NCBI GenBank assembly: GCA_002633005.1
Contig: NMRA01000101.1
Location: 713,804-777,803, forward strand
Length of the DNA stretch: 64,000 nucleotides
Source of the DNA: Phoronis australis
Lineage: Eukaryota; Animalia; Phoronida
Direction: 5' to 3'
The notes under the pieces are model-generated. The model saw only the letters and a program-made list of their open reading frames with translations. It did not search any database and had not been told where the DNA came from. Shown here piece after piece: positions 1 to 13,900 of this stretch. Numbering within the stretch: the first letter of the stretch is position 1; each line of letters starts with the position of its first letter. The position numbers and the translations under genes are program-made.

Positions 1-669
1 TCAACTAAAAAGTTAGTTTCTTCGATTAAACGCTTTAAAAGTTTCAACCAAAGTGGTTTGCGGTCCTATTCCCTGAATGATTTTTTTATTGAGAAGAATT
101 GAAATTATTTGACAAAATGCATTTTGCTTGAAAAATTTACTAGACCGTGGCTGTAGAACATGACTTGTAATATGCCTGGAACATCCCGTACTATTGAATA
201 ATATACATGTACATCTAATCACTCAGGCTAGATCTTCCTTGAATCAACTACTTATTAAATCACTGATCGCATCGCATTCGTCGTCGTATTGAATATGAAG
301 CTATCGTGTGATGAATTGCGTTTTTCTTTCAGTGCAGTATTGTTTGCTGTGTTTTGTCTAGGTTACGTTATTGGTCAACTAGTCCCTAGCGCCATTGTAA
401 GTGGGAGTGATAGAGTGAGTGGGTCAAATAAACTAAAGATAATGAGGCCAGGTAAGTTGCAAGTAAAAACTTTGAAATGAGCTTCAAATTTTTTGTTATC
501 CTTCAAATTTTCAACAAAAACACCAATCTCTGTCTCTCATTCAGTACATCAAGTTTTAAATATTGTAAATTACATTTCAATTTGAAAAGTCAGGTAAGAA
601 ACCTCCAAACTAAAAAAAGAAAAAGTCGATGCAAACGCTCGGACAGGGATATATATGTAGTTGGGAGTG

Positions 670-1720
670 TACGGGGTTGCAGGGTGCCATGTGGTTGCAT
701 TCATCGCATCTGTTCCGCGTCTTTGCAATGGTAAGGCCATTTCCTGGTCAGAAGACACAGAACATAGCTCAGGCTAGCTAGCATAGAGGAGATCCTTTGG
801 TGAACCAAGTGCAGTGTCGAGATGATAGGCTGCTGAAGACCAGGTGGAATGACAGTGTGGTAATTGTAAAAAACAACATATTCGTTACGGGACAGGTGGT
901 CGATGAATGACCGGAAGTGATAGAGACATATTGGAAAGTCCATCGTCAGAGAGAGATGGCCCCAGCTCCGGCGGAAGCCAACAAACGAAGTATCGTTTCA
1001 TCGCTGCTGGTGGCGTCACGAATCTTGCCCTGTCAGTCGTGCGATGTCGGCCAAAGGTGAAACTGCGTAGGCAGGGAAGTTTTCATCTAGAGCGAAAGTG
1101 GAGTTCTGTAGATCATAGGTTCCTACTAGTGAGGCATTGAGGATGGCACGCTGTTGGACACAGGAATGATGTTACTGTGTAGCATCAGTTTACTAACTGC
1201 TCAGGTATGGTGACGGGAAATACCAGCAATCGCTCTATGGCGTTCGCTAGATATGTGCACAATGAGAGTCTGTACTGAAGGTTTTCGGTTTCACCTTCTA
1301 CAGGCGCAAATTTGGAATACTCTCCAGTGACCGGTCGGAAAGAGTCTAGAACGCCAATACGATATACAGCAACTGTCAAATTTGTACAGGGAAGGACGAA
1401 GTCTCGTGCTGGCAAAGATAAGTGCCTTGTCTTCTGTGGGGGCATAGTGAGAATTGGCTGCTAATAAGAGTGACTTTCCATACGGTACGGTGCAGAAAGG
1501 TGCTGATGTCGAACATGAGCAATGTTTCTGGAGAAGTCGGAATCCAATGCTGTCGCTCGACGAGACAGTCGCAAGGCATGTCGGTTTGGGTTTAGCAAAA
1601 ATCCGCACCCTTTCCTTGGTGGAAAATAAGGTCCTTCTGGTCATTCCACCGCTGTAGTGTATCGGGCTTGAGGAGATAGCGGAAAGAGTTGGTTGAGTTC
1701 GTCATAACAAATGCACAAGA
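670..1720 (-). mobile_element. Degenerate Gypsy/Ty3 LTR-retrotransposon pol fragment (RNase H to integrase zinc finger)
   Basis: Frameshifted peptides SKFAPVEGE, ARDFVLPCTNLTVAV, VIPPGLQQPIISTLHLVHQRISSML..., followed by a Cys pair, typical of Gypsy RNase H and HHCC integrase. Confidence 0.75.
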
Positions 1721-3429
1721 GATCTGCTTAAGAACACCGAACCAGGATCTGACATAGATGTTGGTAGTGGTTGTGGGGAAATCATGTATGTATGTGGTTG
1801 TTCAGTTTGCCATTTTGTTTTTAAATACACTGATAATTTTCTATTCTCGAATCTTGTGCATAGCAGATTCGTATCCAGCTAGCTAAAATTGAAAATATAC
1901 TTTCCTTGCATGTGAAACTTGTGTTCATAGACAAGTTAACTCAAAACTTAAAATTGTTGAAATGCCTTCTTAAGAAAGCTCTTAAAATAATTCAACACAC
2001 AAACAAATCAAATGCAAACAAAGTGAATACTTCATTTTTATCGCTGCACATTTCTATAGGTCAACAGGAAAATGACAATTTGCAAGCGTATTCGGTAATC
2101 ATTTCAGCTTTATAAAGAATAAGCACAACTGCACTGTATGGGACTTTAAAACTGAAGAAATATTGCAGTTTCAATAGTTAACGACTAACTTCACTGTTGA
2201 TGAAAAATTTATTCGATCATCAAAGTGTAACATTAATGGGCTTTCTACTGACAATAAGACAATCGATGCAGTCACTGAATGTCACTTCCCATAATGTGTA
2301 CCAAACTGAAAAGTTTTTACCATTGGTATAAAGCCTTTCTTCTGAAATGAAAAGTTAATGTCACTCAGTGAGAAATGACAGGTATTTATACCAAATGCTT
2401 TTGGTTTTCATTTCACCGGGATCTAGTTTCAATGGCCTATAGAAGCGCTTGTAAAAAAGGCCCAGTTTCGGCACGTGGCTTTCCTTCATGTAACCACATT
2501 CATCCTCAATAAAATCCACAATTAGACCCTTGAAGGTACACCTTTGACTCGTTTTGTGCCCAAAAGCTGACCCTGAACTAGACCAGAGTGTCAATAGGTC
2601 TTCTTTAGCTTCAGTCCCTCATGTTTTTTTCCAGGAAAGGAAATAAGCTATTGTCCACACATGACTCATTGCCTATATGAAAGGTCATCCTCACCAACGA
2701 GGCAGACTTGTGTAGCACTCAGATACATGTATAGTTTCTCTTCTTACACAAGCAATCCAGTGGCACATTGTCTTATGGTAACTTAGTACTGCGATTCACA
2801 TTTCTCCAGAACCACTGACTTGTAGATTGTGCCATGCTGCAAGCCATTTCACCATATGTTTAAAGGGCTCGCAAAATCGAGGCGGCTTATCTATCACCAC
2901 TAGTACACGCGCGCCCTCTAGTTAATGTAAATTTTCCGAATAGCCCCATTGTCTCTTTGTAGCTTACACGAAGCTGATAAGCACCTCCAGAAACGTATCG
3001 TTTGCGGCACATTGTGGGCGCATGTCAGCATTTGTTTCGGAGGGCATTCATGAATAGTATTTTTCATGTTTCAGAAGGTTTTTTATGTACAAGTGTTGTT
3101 AACCTGTCATCGTTGCCGTATTTTATAGATAACTCAGGTTTGTGTGATCAGATAACTTACCAGCCTCTTCAATTTGGTTATCAGCAGCTGTCGGGCTGTG
3201 CCATAAGATTGTCACAAGAATCTCTCGGCGATTGCGCTATGATTCGGTGAGTGAATGAAAGAATGTAGTTTCGGTTTGAGGATGGTTTATTAAACAGTTC
3301 TTAGGTTTTATTGTTCTTGTGATAAATTTCCCGAGGAAAATTTAATGATACCTGCGTGTTCTCTACCACCTAGCGACACGCAGGGAACCAGCGAGGCTCT
3401 CAGTGCCAAGTAAGCAAACGCCGGGATCA

Positions 3430-3960
3430 CTTGTTTGTGACTACACAGATCAACAATTCCAATGTGTATAGACATTGCAATACACTGTCATCAAATTTAA
3501 GAGAAAGTCGTTCACCCTCAATGATCAAAACGAGCTTTAAAAAATCACTTCTGCCATGCCAGTACCTTTGCCTCTTACCAAGTTTAAAACTATTCCTAGA
3601 GCTCACGAGATATGTCTCGATAGATTGGGTGCTGGACTTTTAGTTAACTCTGATAAATTTCGACACAACTTCAGAGATGTCTCTCCTTCGTGCAACTGTG
3701 GACAAGTTCAGACTAAAATTCACTTTCTGTTGGACTGTCCAATTAATTTTCAACAACAGGGACTCTTCCAGATCATTGAAAGTAACTCTGATGTGTTGTC
3801 TACACTTAATGAATCGGTAGTCTGCTAGACAAAGCCATTATCATCATTAAAGGTTCAAGTAAATTCAGTGTAGAAACTAATCTTATGGCGTTTCAATCTG
3901 TCGCATCATTTTTTATAGATTTGGTGTTTTCACTTATGAATCTTCCTTGAATAAAACCTG
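3430..3960 (+). mobile_element. 3' end of a CR1/L2-group LINE ORF2, degenerate
   Basis: RLGAGLLVNSDKFRHNFRDVSPSCNCGQVQTKIHFLLDCP matches the RL..S.LN..L......P.C.CG..ET..HFLL.CP tail; preceded by S...FKKSL. Confidence 0.7.
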
Positions 3961-6900
3961 TATAAGTGAGTCTTATTAATCAACGAATCAAAATTGATTA
4001 GACCGGAGTGAAAAACAAATCCCGCGTCATTTTTTTAAGTCTAAGGAAGATTTTATTTCTTGAAATAGCGAACAACTTAAAAATACCATAATCAATTACG
4101 CTTTTAGGCCTAATGATCTTGTTGTGTCTTATCAAGCATTTCACAAAAAGTATCTGGCTGGCACCATAACACGCTAACAATTGGGAAGCCTAAGCCTCCA
4201 TTTCCTCAAAAGATTTCAGGCAGTTAAAAAATTCTCACTTAAAAACGTTGACCAATAGGAGGGCTTTCATGAGGTGCATTGTGCAACTGGAAAGAGAACG
4301 TCTAATGCTCCGCAACTGGCATCAGACCAGCCTTTTTATTACAGCAATTTGGTAGTAGACTTTCTCAAGAAGTTGGTAGTCCCGGAACTTGTCCTGGCCC
4401 GGCACCCCAGCGCAAAGACAGCAGAGTCAAAAGACTGGGCAAAAATACACTTGTAAGTAAACTTAACCACTGCTTTCAGAAGTTGAAGTTAGGATCATGC
4501 ATCTCCTTCAGAAATTTTGAAAATAGAGTTCTGTGAAATAAGACATTCATAAACAATTCAGTAGCTATTGAAACAGGGTTGCATCGTAATGCTATAACGC
4601 GTTTCCTGGAATACCCTGCAGGACAGGATCGTATTTGTTATGATATTCCGAGGAGACAAACTAATGATTTGAAATTTAGGACACCACAACGCAGCAATGC
4701 AATTCTGTGTTTAAAATTGGTTGTCCACTGGTGGACCTAGGCTGTTGTAATTGGGGTAAGAAGGAAAAAATGTCCACACCCTTTAAACAGCATGCATTTT
4801 GGATCATGTCTGTTGGGGGCATAGCCCCCTCTGAATTCCCCGAGGCGCCTATGTTGTCAATAGGAATAGACCTGTGCAAGGACAATTTGCAAAATTGCAA
4901 ATTTAAGATCCTAAGCAATCTCTCTTGAAATTGACCCAAATGATTCGAAATAAACGCGAATGGCAACAGTAGGTTTCGTGATTACTTCTAGATTCAAATT
5001 GTGAGGACAATTGACCTTATCACGCATACCGTGAGACGCAATGTACACTAAGAAGTGTGTGATGGTGGTCATCCAAAGCATCACCCCATCTAGGAAATGT
5101 AGATAAACGATATGTAGAATATTAGAAATCACTTCATTTTAGTAGAATATGAAGCAGCCAAAAGTTCCGTTTGTCATAGTTGCGAGTACATTAGCAACGT
5201 CTGTCGAAAATCCAGCTTACCGAGCGGACGGTGGCTTGCGTGACATTGTCTGGATTCTGGATTGGACGACTGGTATCCACAAATCTATACACTTGGATGA
5301 GTACTCAGATTTTCGCTATCCGTGGAAAAGTCCACGACGTTTGTTTTTGTCATAAGGTAACACTCCGCGTATACTTAACACGCTGGTGTTGTTGTCAAAG
5401 CCGTCAGTTTTTGTAAGCCTACTACCAAGGAGTGTACTAGTACAGGAGAGTTCACTCCGCCATTTTACCATTCGCCGCAATGGTTACCGATCGAAACACT
5501 AGCGCCCCAAGCGGTGAATAATCAACACCTAGTTAGGAGCGCAGTCCGAACAATGTAAACACTGATAAATTCATACTTTAATGACATCCAACGTGCAATA
5601 AAATTACTGTGTGCTTGAAAATGGTTATAATACACAAACTAACATCCACTTATAATCGAGTGATAACGAAAATGTGTATTTTAATCAATATTAAAGTGAC
5701 TGTATTTGTTTTTATTCTCTTGAAGCTCCCTTCAAAATTATCATGGTTTTGTTTCATGTTTGAGTTCTTAACAAGGCAATTATCGTTCCTTATAACAGTT
5801 CAAACCTCCATGAACTACATAATTCGAATGATTGCTCCTGGGTGTTCAGACGGTAATTCCCCCAAGGTGCCAGCTAAGGGGGTACCAGGCAAAAACCAGG
5901 TGGGCGCCAAATGGGTGTTGACTCCCTCCCAGGGGGTTACATGGGAGGAGTGCTAAACAGGTAAAAACCAATGGGGTATGCCACATGGGTGTTGAGCCAC
6001 TCCCATCGTCACAAATTTTGGTTGCTCCCCTGACTATTGACAAACACGTTGCTCCCAGCTCACTGCTGGTTTCATCTCCACCCCACAATTTCGCATGTGT
6101 TCCCTATTCAATGCACCAGGATAATAGCAATGCAAACAATTGTTTTGTGCAGTTGTTGTTACACAAGTAAGAGGAAAGCAAAGCAATTCATCACTACCAC
6201 AAAATCGCAATATTATTTAAGAACATCCCATTATTTCTTAGACATGCCAGTATAGGGTAAACTCAATCCCACTCTCCCACTCACCAACAGTTACAAGTCA
6301 GTTGCTAATCTGTAGAATAGCTCACAACTTACAAAACGAAGTAACATTGAGTATATCATCACTCATAACTAGTCCAAGTTCAAAATGTCATGACAAAAAA
6401 TTAAGAGGTACCGAACAGCAATCAAAATATTCACTACCCACATAGCTTCATACAAAACTGAATTAAAAAGACTTGGATGATAAAACCAAAATTTAATTTT
6501 ATATACCTACTGTTCCTATTATCAATAGTATCAAATATTTCAGGTGAGTTAAAGCCAGACCACAAGATCATATCTGTTACCTAGCCACAACTGGGGCTTA
6601 ACTTAATCACAATCTCCACAAACGTGCAAAATAGGCAACACATACACCAATAGAACAAGAAACTTTGACCAACCCTTGTCTCTCTCTATCAATTCACTAG
6701 TAAACAACAGCACTTTTCGCCAAAGAAATGCGTTATAAATAAAGCTGAAAACTAATTTACTCAAAGAGGTGTTTGTCATCGAGAAGCAAAATGATACGGA
6801 TAGCTTAGGTTTAACAATATTTCATCCCACCATTCAGACTCTGAATGATCCATCAGTTTCACTTTGACTCTCTCCAAATCACAGGCTAACCATTCATAAA

Positions 6901-7029
6901 ACGTTTCAATCTGATCAACCTTAGTAAAATACGAAAACCAGATTTTGACTAATTGTCCTTTCTGCACGTGATGTTCCAGTACCAATGCTTTGTGAGACGA
7001 TAATCAGAAATGCAAAAAAGCCTATTCTA

Positions 7030-8022
7030 GAGCTGTAATATAATTTTCGGAGAACTTTTTGACCCTAACATCTTCATTTTTGGTGGATTCGGGACATCTA
7101 ATATTGTTCGGGCACTGCAGTCAGTACCAGCTTGTTCTTCATTCATGAACATGGACTCCTCGAAGTGGTGAGAGCATAACTTGCAGTTCTTGGACAAATA
7201 GGCTGCATCTCTATTCATAAGGTCAGCTCCCAGCCCTTGCACCTGAGCAGAAATCAATGACTGAGAGACTCGGGAACAAACCTCATACTCACTAGGTTCA
7301 CAGAAGACTGGTAGCCTACACTAAAGTACACTACACTACAGAATCCTGTCGTACTGTGATTGTGATAGAGACAAAAGCGTTTTGGTGTCAACTGAAAAAA
7401 ATCGGAATCAAATGTCGATCCACGGATATTTTAACAGGGCCGCGCCCCCGCATCATTAACACATAGAATTAAGTTTTCAATGACGCACTGCTTAACTTAA
7501 TTGGTCCAACTGGCACATTAAAATTATATTGATTTTTTCACCTTTTCACAGAGACCCACAGATTCTCTAACTTGACTTATGACAGACTTGTGGCCCTGTG
7601 GCTGTGATTGTGCCATGGCCGTGTCACCATGTCACATTGCCCGGCATGGGCATGGGTATGTTTTCCTAAAATTATCCCTACGATCGTACGGGTGACATTT
7701 TGATTTGGAATTCATGGACTGCAAGTATCCAAAAAGCTGACGATCACATCGTACGTTCATCATAGTCCTTCCGCCGGCAGCCCGGCTGTGCAGTAGGCCT
7801 AGCCTACACTGCACTGCAGACAACAGTGGCAACGGGACAGCGATCAACTTGTCTAACAACCGTGAACAGAACACACAAAATGAAAGACAATGTATCATAT
7901 TATTGAATAACTGATAATCCTTACCTTTCTGGATCCTTAGGAAACCTAAAAAATGACATGTCTGGGGTTTTCGTGGATGAATTCATGCAATTTATCACAC
8001 TGCAAAATGCGTCCTTCCCCAT
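7030..8022 (-). pseudogene. Two-exon THAP-domain pseudogene (THAP12/P-element- or hAT-like transposon relic)
   Basis: Exon 1 8022-7925 MGKDAFCSVINCMNSSTKTPDMSFFRFPKDPER|gtaagg. Exon 2 from 7242 CKGW / ADLMNRDAAYLSKNCKLCSHHFEESMF / KNKLVLTAVP / TILDVPNPP, with frameshifts. C2CH residues and AVP box present. Confidence 0.8.
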
Positions 8023-8599
8023 TGTTTTGGCGCTTCCTGGTTGACAGTTGCTTAGTCACCAAATCACAGGCGCTAGTAGTAGCGGTAACAGCGAACTCAC
8101 GAGTGGACTCTCCTATACTACTAGGCTTCTTGCTACTACTCTATTGATGCATTAGGGGCCTTCCCATATAGCACACAATAATTTTAATGATTAATTAATT
8201 GGCAATTTTATAAATATCAGTGAGAGCCACGTTTACGGATACAGCCTGTTCAACTATAAAGGTGATCGGCTAATACTGACAGAGTTCCAGAAATTACAGA
8301 TTGGCGCCGTGTGCAGCGGCGTACCCACTCATGTGTCAGTCAACATCATGTATTCCTACAGAGGTCACTATTCTCAACAACCCGTCTACATCATCACTGG
8401 CGGAGTGGTCAGGTATACTGTGACGTGACTGAGGTATAGCGAAGGTTTTGCCTGACGTCACTGATGTTCAGTTGTAGCATAGAACTCTAGCCCTGGAATG
8501 CCATCTCCCTCACGTGACCTATGTATTCTGTTTCATTTATAAGAGCTTGTGACCCCGAGACTCGCCGCTGTAGTTGGCACTGTGAATTTCCGGCTGTCT

Positions 8600-11500
8600 G
8601 CTCGACTTAGTTTTGATCGAGTGCTGTAGTTATCATGTCAAGCCTAATCTCATTTTGTCATTTTTCAACCCCGGCCAACGCTCGGAAGGCGATCGAGAAC
8701 GAGACCTTGCACCAAAAATGGCAGACTACAGTTATGTACCCGGTGAGTTTAAGTGTCATTTTCTGCTTAAATAAAGACCACTTTGGTACGAATGTGTCAC
8801 ACAGAAAAGCGTCAGAGTGTAACCTTTGTTGTGGATCTGAAATAATACTTGGCTTTTGCTTATTTTTTAAAATAAAGAGCTCAGAATGCAATGGCTTTCG
8901 TTAAAATGCCTTGCGCCTCGTAAAATCGACAATTTCTACTTGTTATTAGCAATTCCAGGGTTCTTAATAAGAGACGTGTGACGTTTATAGTTTAATCGTC
9001 CCTGGTGACACCTTAGTTAGTTGTGGTTTGTGAAACAATTTGAGATACTTACCAATACAAGCAGATCCTTGTGTGAGACGGCGATCGGGAACGATGTCGT
9101 TAATTCTCTATGGCGATCGTGAACGCAAAAAAGGCGATCGTGAACGTACATTTTTTTTCTCTGCATTGGCCTGAATAGTCGTTCAAGTTACGGTATTATG
9201 TCAATAATTTTAGAATAATACGGAGCCTGAATTAGTTGATGGGTTAATTATTAATTACATTTCATCGTTTTTTTCATTATTTCAAAGTGATATTTAGTCT
9301 AACAAACATAACTGAATGCGTTTGATTTTTTTCAGTTGAACTCATAGTGTAGCCACACGATGAGTCCTTCAGGGTGTTAACGTCCACGCCTTTAAAAAAG
9401 AGTAGTACAACTGCTGCATGTCACAACCGAGTGTGTGTGTGTTGTGGATCCTCGTTCAGGAACTAAGAAATCGACTTAGTATGACCACATGGCAATAAAA
9501 TACAGTGACACTACAACAAAGCAAGACCTTTACCAGCCCTGTTATTGAAGCGTTGCATGCGTCAAGAGTTTTTTTACCAATATTGTAAAACACACAGCAC
9601 GAAGCATCATGCTCAGGAACCAAGTCGATTCAGTGTCCTATCTGTGATCAACGTTTCACGGAAAGAGTAACCCTGATGCAACACTGCGTCACAGCACGAG
9701 GACACTCCTTTTTGTGGTGAATGTGGCATGTCGTGCAAACAGTATGCCTCCTACAAGCATAGCATGCAGAAACGTCACGAATGAAATCATTAAGTCCAGT
9801 GCTGAAGGTTATAAAGTCACTATAGTTTATTCAGGTTTACAAAGTCTGTGGTTGGTAGTTGTCTGATGTGATAGTATTTTGACGTTTTGTTTTGAACCTT
9901 TTTTCCTCAAGTTTCTTTCTATATTTGTGTTATTTCAAAAGGATCTTTAACAGAACCAGTACATTTTTTGTAGTGTTTAGGTAGATTTGATTGGCCATAC
10001 TAAGTGTCTATGGGCAATACTTACATGCAATTGTTCTGACCAACGAGTATTTTGAATGAGAATATATGGCTATGATTATTGTACACTGGAAATTGATTTC
10101 ATATTGTAGTTGATTTCCTGTGAGAGACTGTTATACTATCAATCAGTCCTAAATACACTGTCTATGATTCAGTGATGATTTAGTCATTCCAAAAGTAATT
10201 CGTTGGAAATGTTCAGTGGATTTGTTTTGTTGAGTTACCTATAAATAAATTTATATATTTTTGTAAGACCAATTTTGAGGTATGTGTGTTAAAAGATTAA
10301 TATTATAATAGAAATGCTATAATAGTGTTGATATCCTGTGTAAATCACTACAGTGTGTAGTTGAAGTGACGTTAATGACAACATGTTGACTACGTTTTGA
10401 GAAAATCACAATATAGAATGTGCATTATAACTCTCAATCTTTTTCAATGTCACATTAAACTCGAGATCATGAACTGATGATGCAGGTGAACTTAGGACCA
10501 ATACTACAAATCAGAAGAGTCAAACACAACGTACATTCAAGTCACACGGTGCCACAAGTCAATCTGTTCATCTCTGTATTGATTTTATCAGTAAAACATC
10601 AAGTAAAATCACACCCGTTTTATCAGCACACCAGTTTACACAATGTCTGGCCAATTTTTTGATCCCAGGCGTTTATAAGTGAGAATCTTTGAATCATCTC
10701 GTGAAGTGTTGCCGCACTCCCCTTTCTCCCTATGAGCAAGCTCATCATCATTCTTTGACTTTACTGGATATTTGTTTTTTCCTTTTGCTGTCACAATTTT
10801 ACAAGATTCTACACTCGCTTTCATCTCGGTGCTGCAACAATTTGTTTACCCCTGGCTGACAGGCTACATGGGTGAGTCTTCAGTTTAGAAACCCTTGTTC
10901 TCAGTGGTTTGGTTTAAGAGTAGATGCCTGGCCTGTACTTTTCAAAACCCTGGTCAGGTGTACCTTCACGTCGTGGGTAACATGTTCGTTGAAGCTCGCC
11001 AGTGAACTTGTTTCCTGAAATGAGAATAAATTTGTTTGTGAAACTAAACTTGAATTATGCTTGATGTACATGTAGTGCTCACGGCAATTTAATTGAAATA
11101 TGCTATGTTGTTGTTCAGTTTTGATACAAAAGTAACACAGTAACTACACAAAATGTGATTAAATCATTGCACCACACTTGATTTTGTAACCTTTTCACGT
11201 TTTATAAGTAAAACGTTCATTATTGTTCGACACATCACAATGCGTTCCCGATCGCATAAACAAACACAAATTTGCGTTCCCGATCGTTTATCGTTGCGTT
11301 CTCGATCGCATCTTTCAACAGAAAAGCGTCGAAAAATCAGAGATCCTGACAAAAGTACAAAAAAAGCTTTGCGTTACATTTTCACACGTCATTTCATCAT
11401 AACTCCATGGTCAATTTATTGATTTAGTGCCAAAAATAACGGCAATTTGCCAAAATGACATTCAAATCACCTTCGGCTTAAGCGATGCCTCGGTCAACGT

Positions 11501-11790
11501 AACTTACATGTATCTCCTATAATTGGGAGAGACACTAGCCTAAACCTCTACCTGCCCCTCCTAAATGTGTTACGCCTTCAAGTCATGTCTCTGTTTTCAC
11601 ATTGGAAGTAAAAAAACGAAAATTCTTCAAATTTACTCATCTTGCCTGGCTTTGCTTCTCGCGCCAAATTTCGTTCTCGATCGCCTTCCGGTCGTTCTCG
11701 ATCGCAAGTTGGCCGTGGTGTTTTTGTTCATCAAGCGAGGCTGTTGAGGTACGGTTCCAGACAACCAGCGATTTCTCGGCATAATTAGTC
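8600..11790. mobile_element. Putative DNA transposon relic with subterminal inverted repeats and decayed C2H2 zinc fingers
   Basis: 20-bp perfect inverted repeat 8683-8702 / 11671-11690. Mirrored GCGATCGNGAACG clusters at 9080-9150 and 11240-11310. Internal CPICDQRFTERVTLMQH and CGECGMSCKQYASY. Outer limits approximate. Confidence 0.55.
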
Positions 11791-11989
11791 AACAAACCCG
11801 GCAGTTGCACTGGTCATTCGTTGTGTCTGCAGGATGTCAGTAATAGTTTGACAACAAGACATTTTCGGGTACTAAAATCTTGTTACAGTATTTTTTAAAA
11901 GAAGTGACATTTGGTTTGCTCTGCAATCGTCAATGAGAAGTTTATGCCCTACTAACAGGTGTGAAAAATTACTCGTAAATGCGTAGCCA

Positions 11990-12070
11990 AGTGCGTGCGT
12001 GTGTGTGTGTGTGTGCGTTCGTGTGTGCGTGCGTGCGTGTATGCTTGCGGGTGTGTATGCTTGTATGTGT
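11990..12070. repeat. (GT)n/(GTGC)n microsatellite
   Basis: Direct reading. Confidence 0.9.
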
Positions 12071-12799
12071 CTTATAATTCATTTGTGCAATGTTCACCTG
12101 TTGCCCAGATGCCGTTTTTGTTAATTCGATCTCTGAGCAGTAATGTTATCTGCTGTGTTTTCCTACACCAGTGAAATAAAATTTTGAAAAATGAAAAGTT
12201 TACCTTGCAAAAGATTCTTATCCAATTACCAATACTTTGTGTTGAAATTGACATATTATCATGAACTGTTGTAATTTCCCAATCGACGAAGCCATATTTC
12301 CCCGTTCAACTAAAGAGAGAAAACGGGACCCGCAATTTCCCACTCCACTGAAGAAATAAAAAAAACCCTCGAGCACTTTTGAGAGTTACGTCTCCTGTTC
12401 TACAAAAACGTTTTCGAGACATTGTTGTGTTTTGCGGCGAACGTTTCACCCTTGCGTTTTGGCATCGACCCAGATGCACTGCTTTTTTCTGGAAGTCCCG
12501 CTTTTTCAATCTCGAATGTTGACCGTGACAACTATGCAACCTGTAATCAAAATAACATCTCTTTGTTGTGAATGTTGTTATTTTCTAGAATTCACTTACT
12601 TTAGTAACACAACAATGGTAAAAATGTGTTCCAATGTCTCTTGTTTAGGGTAACATACACTACATAAGTAAGGATCACAAAATGTTTACTTTCTGAAGAA
12701 GTAAGTTCATTTTTAAATTGGTACGGAAAGCCTATTGTGCAACCAATGTAATAAGATACCCATAGAACACTTCAAGGCCACATAATAGATGTTCGTCCA

Positions 12800-13240
12800 T
12801 TTTTATATATTTACATGTGGGTGCGTATTGCCGTCATCTCTGTCTGGACATCCGGTGTCCGCAGCTGTATCTCCTAAATCCCTCACAGGATCTTGATGAG
12901 ATTTGACAGATGTGTTTCTATGAAGCTGACAACGGATGACGATGAATTTCGGACCTATCTGACTATAGGTGTGCTCCCTAGTGGCAATTTTATTTTTTCC
13001 GTTTACCTCTGTATCTTCAAAAGTTATCAACGGATTTTTGTGAAATTTGGCACATAGGCATCTGTTAGTGAGATGACGCTATTCTCCCGTTTTCGGTTGG
13101 ATTCGAAGTATTATGTGCCATCTAGTGGCCATATTTACAGTTTTTAATCTGTTTTTGGCGTCCGCGCTTCTGTCAACCAAACCACTTTAAGGATGATTGT
13201 GAAAATTGGCATAAATGTTCCTAATGTGAAGAAGACGGCT
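12800..13240 (-). mobile_element. 3' part of the CCACTAG-subunit dispersed element, reverse orientation
   Basis: Reverse complement matches 37960-38420 (e.g. ggagatacagctgcggac..., gccactagggagcacac). Confidence 0.8.
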
Positions 13241-13368
13241 TGATACGCCGTAAAATGTAACGTTTGTAATGTTTACGTTGCTAAGCCTCTCCTAAAATTG
13301 TTACATTTTACGTAGTTGTTACATTTTACGTCGAATGCACACGCGAGAAATGTACCATTGTTACATTT

Positions 13369-13482
13369 TACGAAACCACCGTCATATTACAAAGAAAATG
13401 ACCAAAATCAAGAACTAGTGGTATCTACGAAACCACCGTCATATTACAAAGAAAATGACCAAAATCAAGAACTAGTGGTATC
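13369..13482. repeat. Perfect 57-bp tandem duplication
   Basis: tacgaaaccaccgtcat...agtggtatc twice. Confidence 0.9.
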
Positions 13483-13789
13483 AGACACGACCGCGATGTG
13501 CTCGAGTATTTTTGGACGAGGGGTGCCGTACGAAAAAAAAGGATACCTACCCGTTTAGAGAGTGGACTCGGACAAAAAAGTGACCCATTTAGAGACTGAT
13601 TTTGTGTAAAAAATTCACATTTTCGCGCTGTCGTGTTCCAGAAATTCAGAAAAAGCACCATTTTAGAGAGTATTTTGTCGAAAATGGCATCATTTTGGAG
13701 AGAATGCTGTAAAAACACCCTTTTGAGCAGCACTTTTCGTATACCTCTCCTATGCCCTCCGGGCTGACACGTCATGAATCTGGCTACCC

Positions 13790-13900
13790 GTTATCATTCT
13801 TATTACTATTACATTACTATTACTACTATTATTACCATTACTACTATTACTACCATTTATTGTTTTCGGTATCGTTATCATTATTATTATAATAATTAAC
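13790..13900. repeat. Degenerate (TAT/TAC)n microsatellite
   Basis: Direct reading. Confidence 0.8.

Noticed and set aside
4640-5460. Possible decayed Cys-rich ORF on minus strand (AMPPTDMIQNACC...ELHCCVV), faintly like P2X7-tail/Kolobok accessory proteins
   Set aside because: Too degenerate to support without a profile search.
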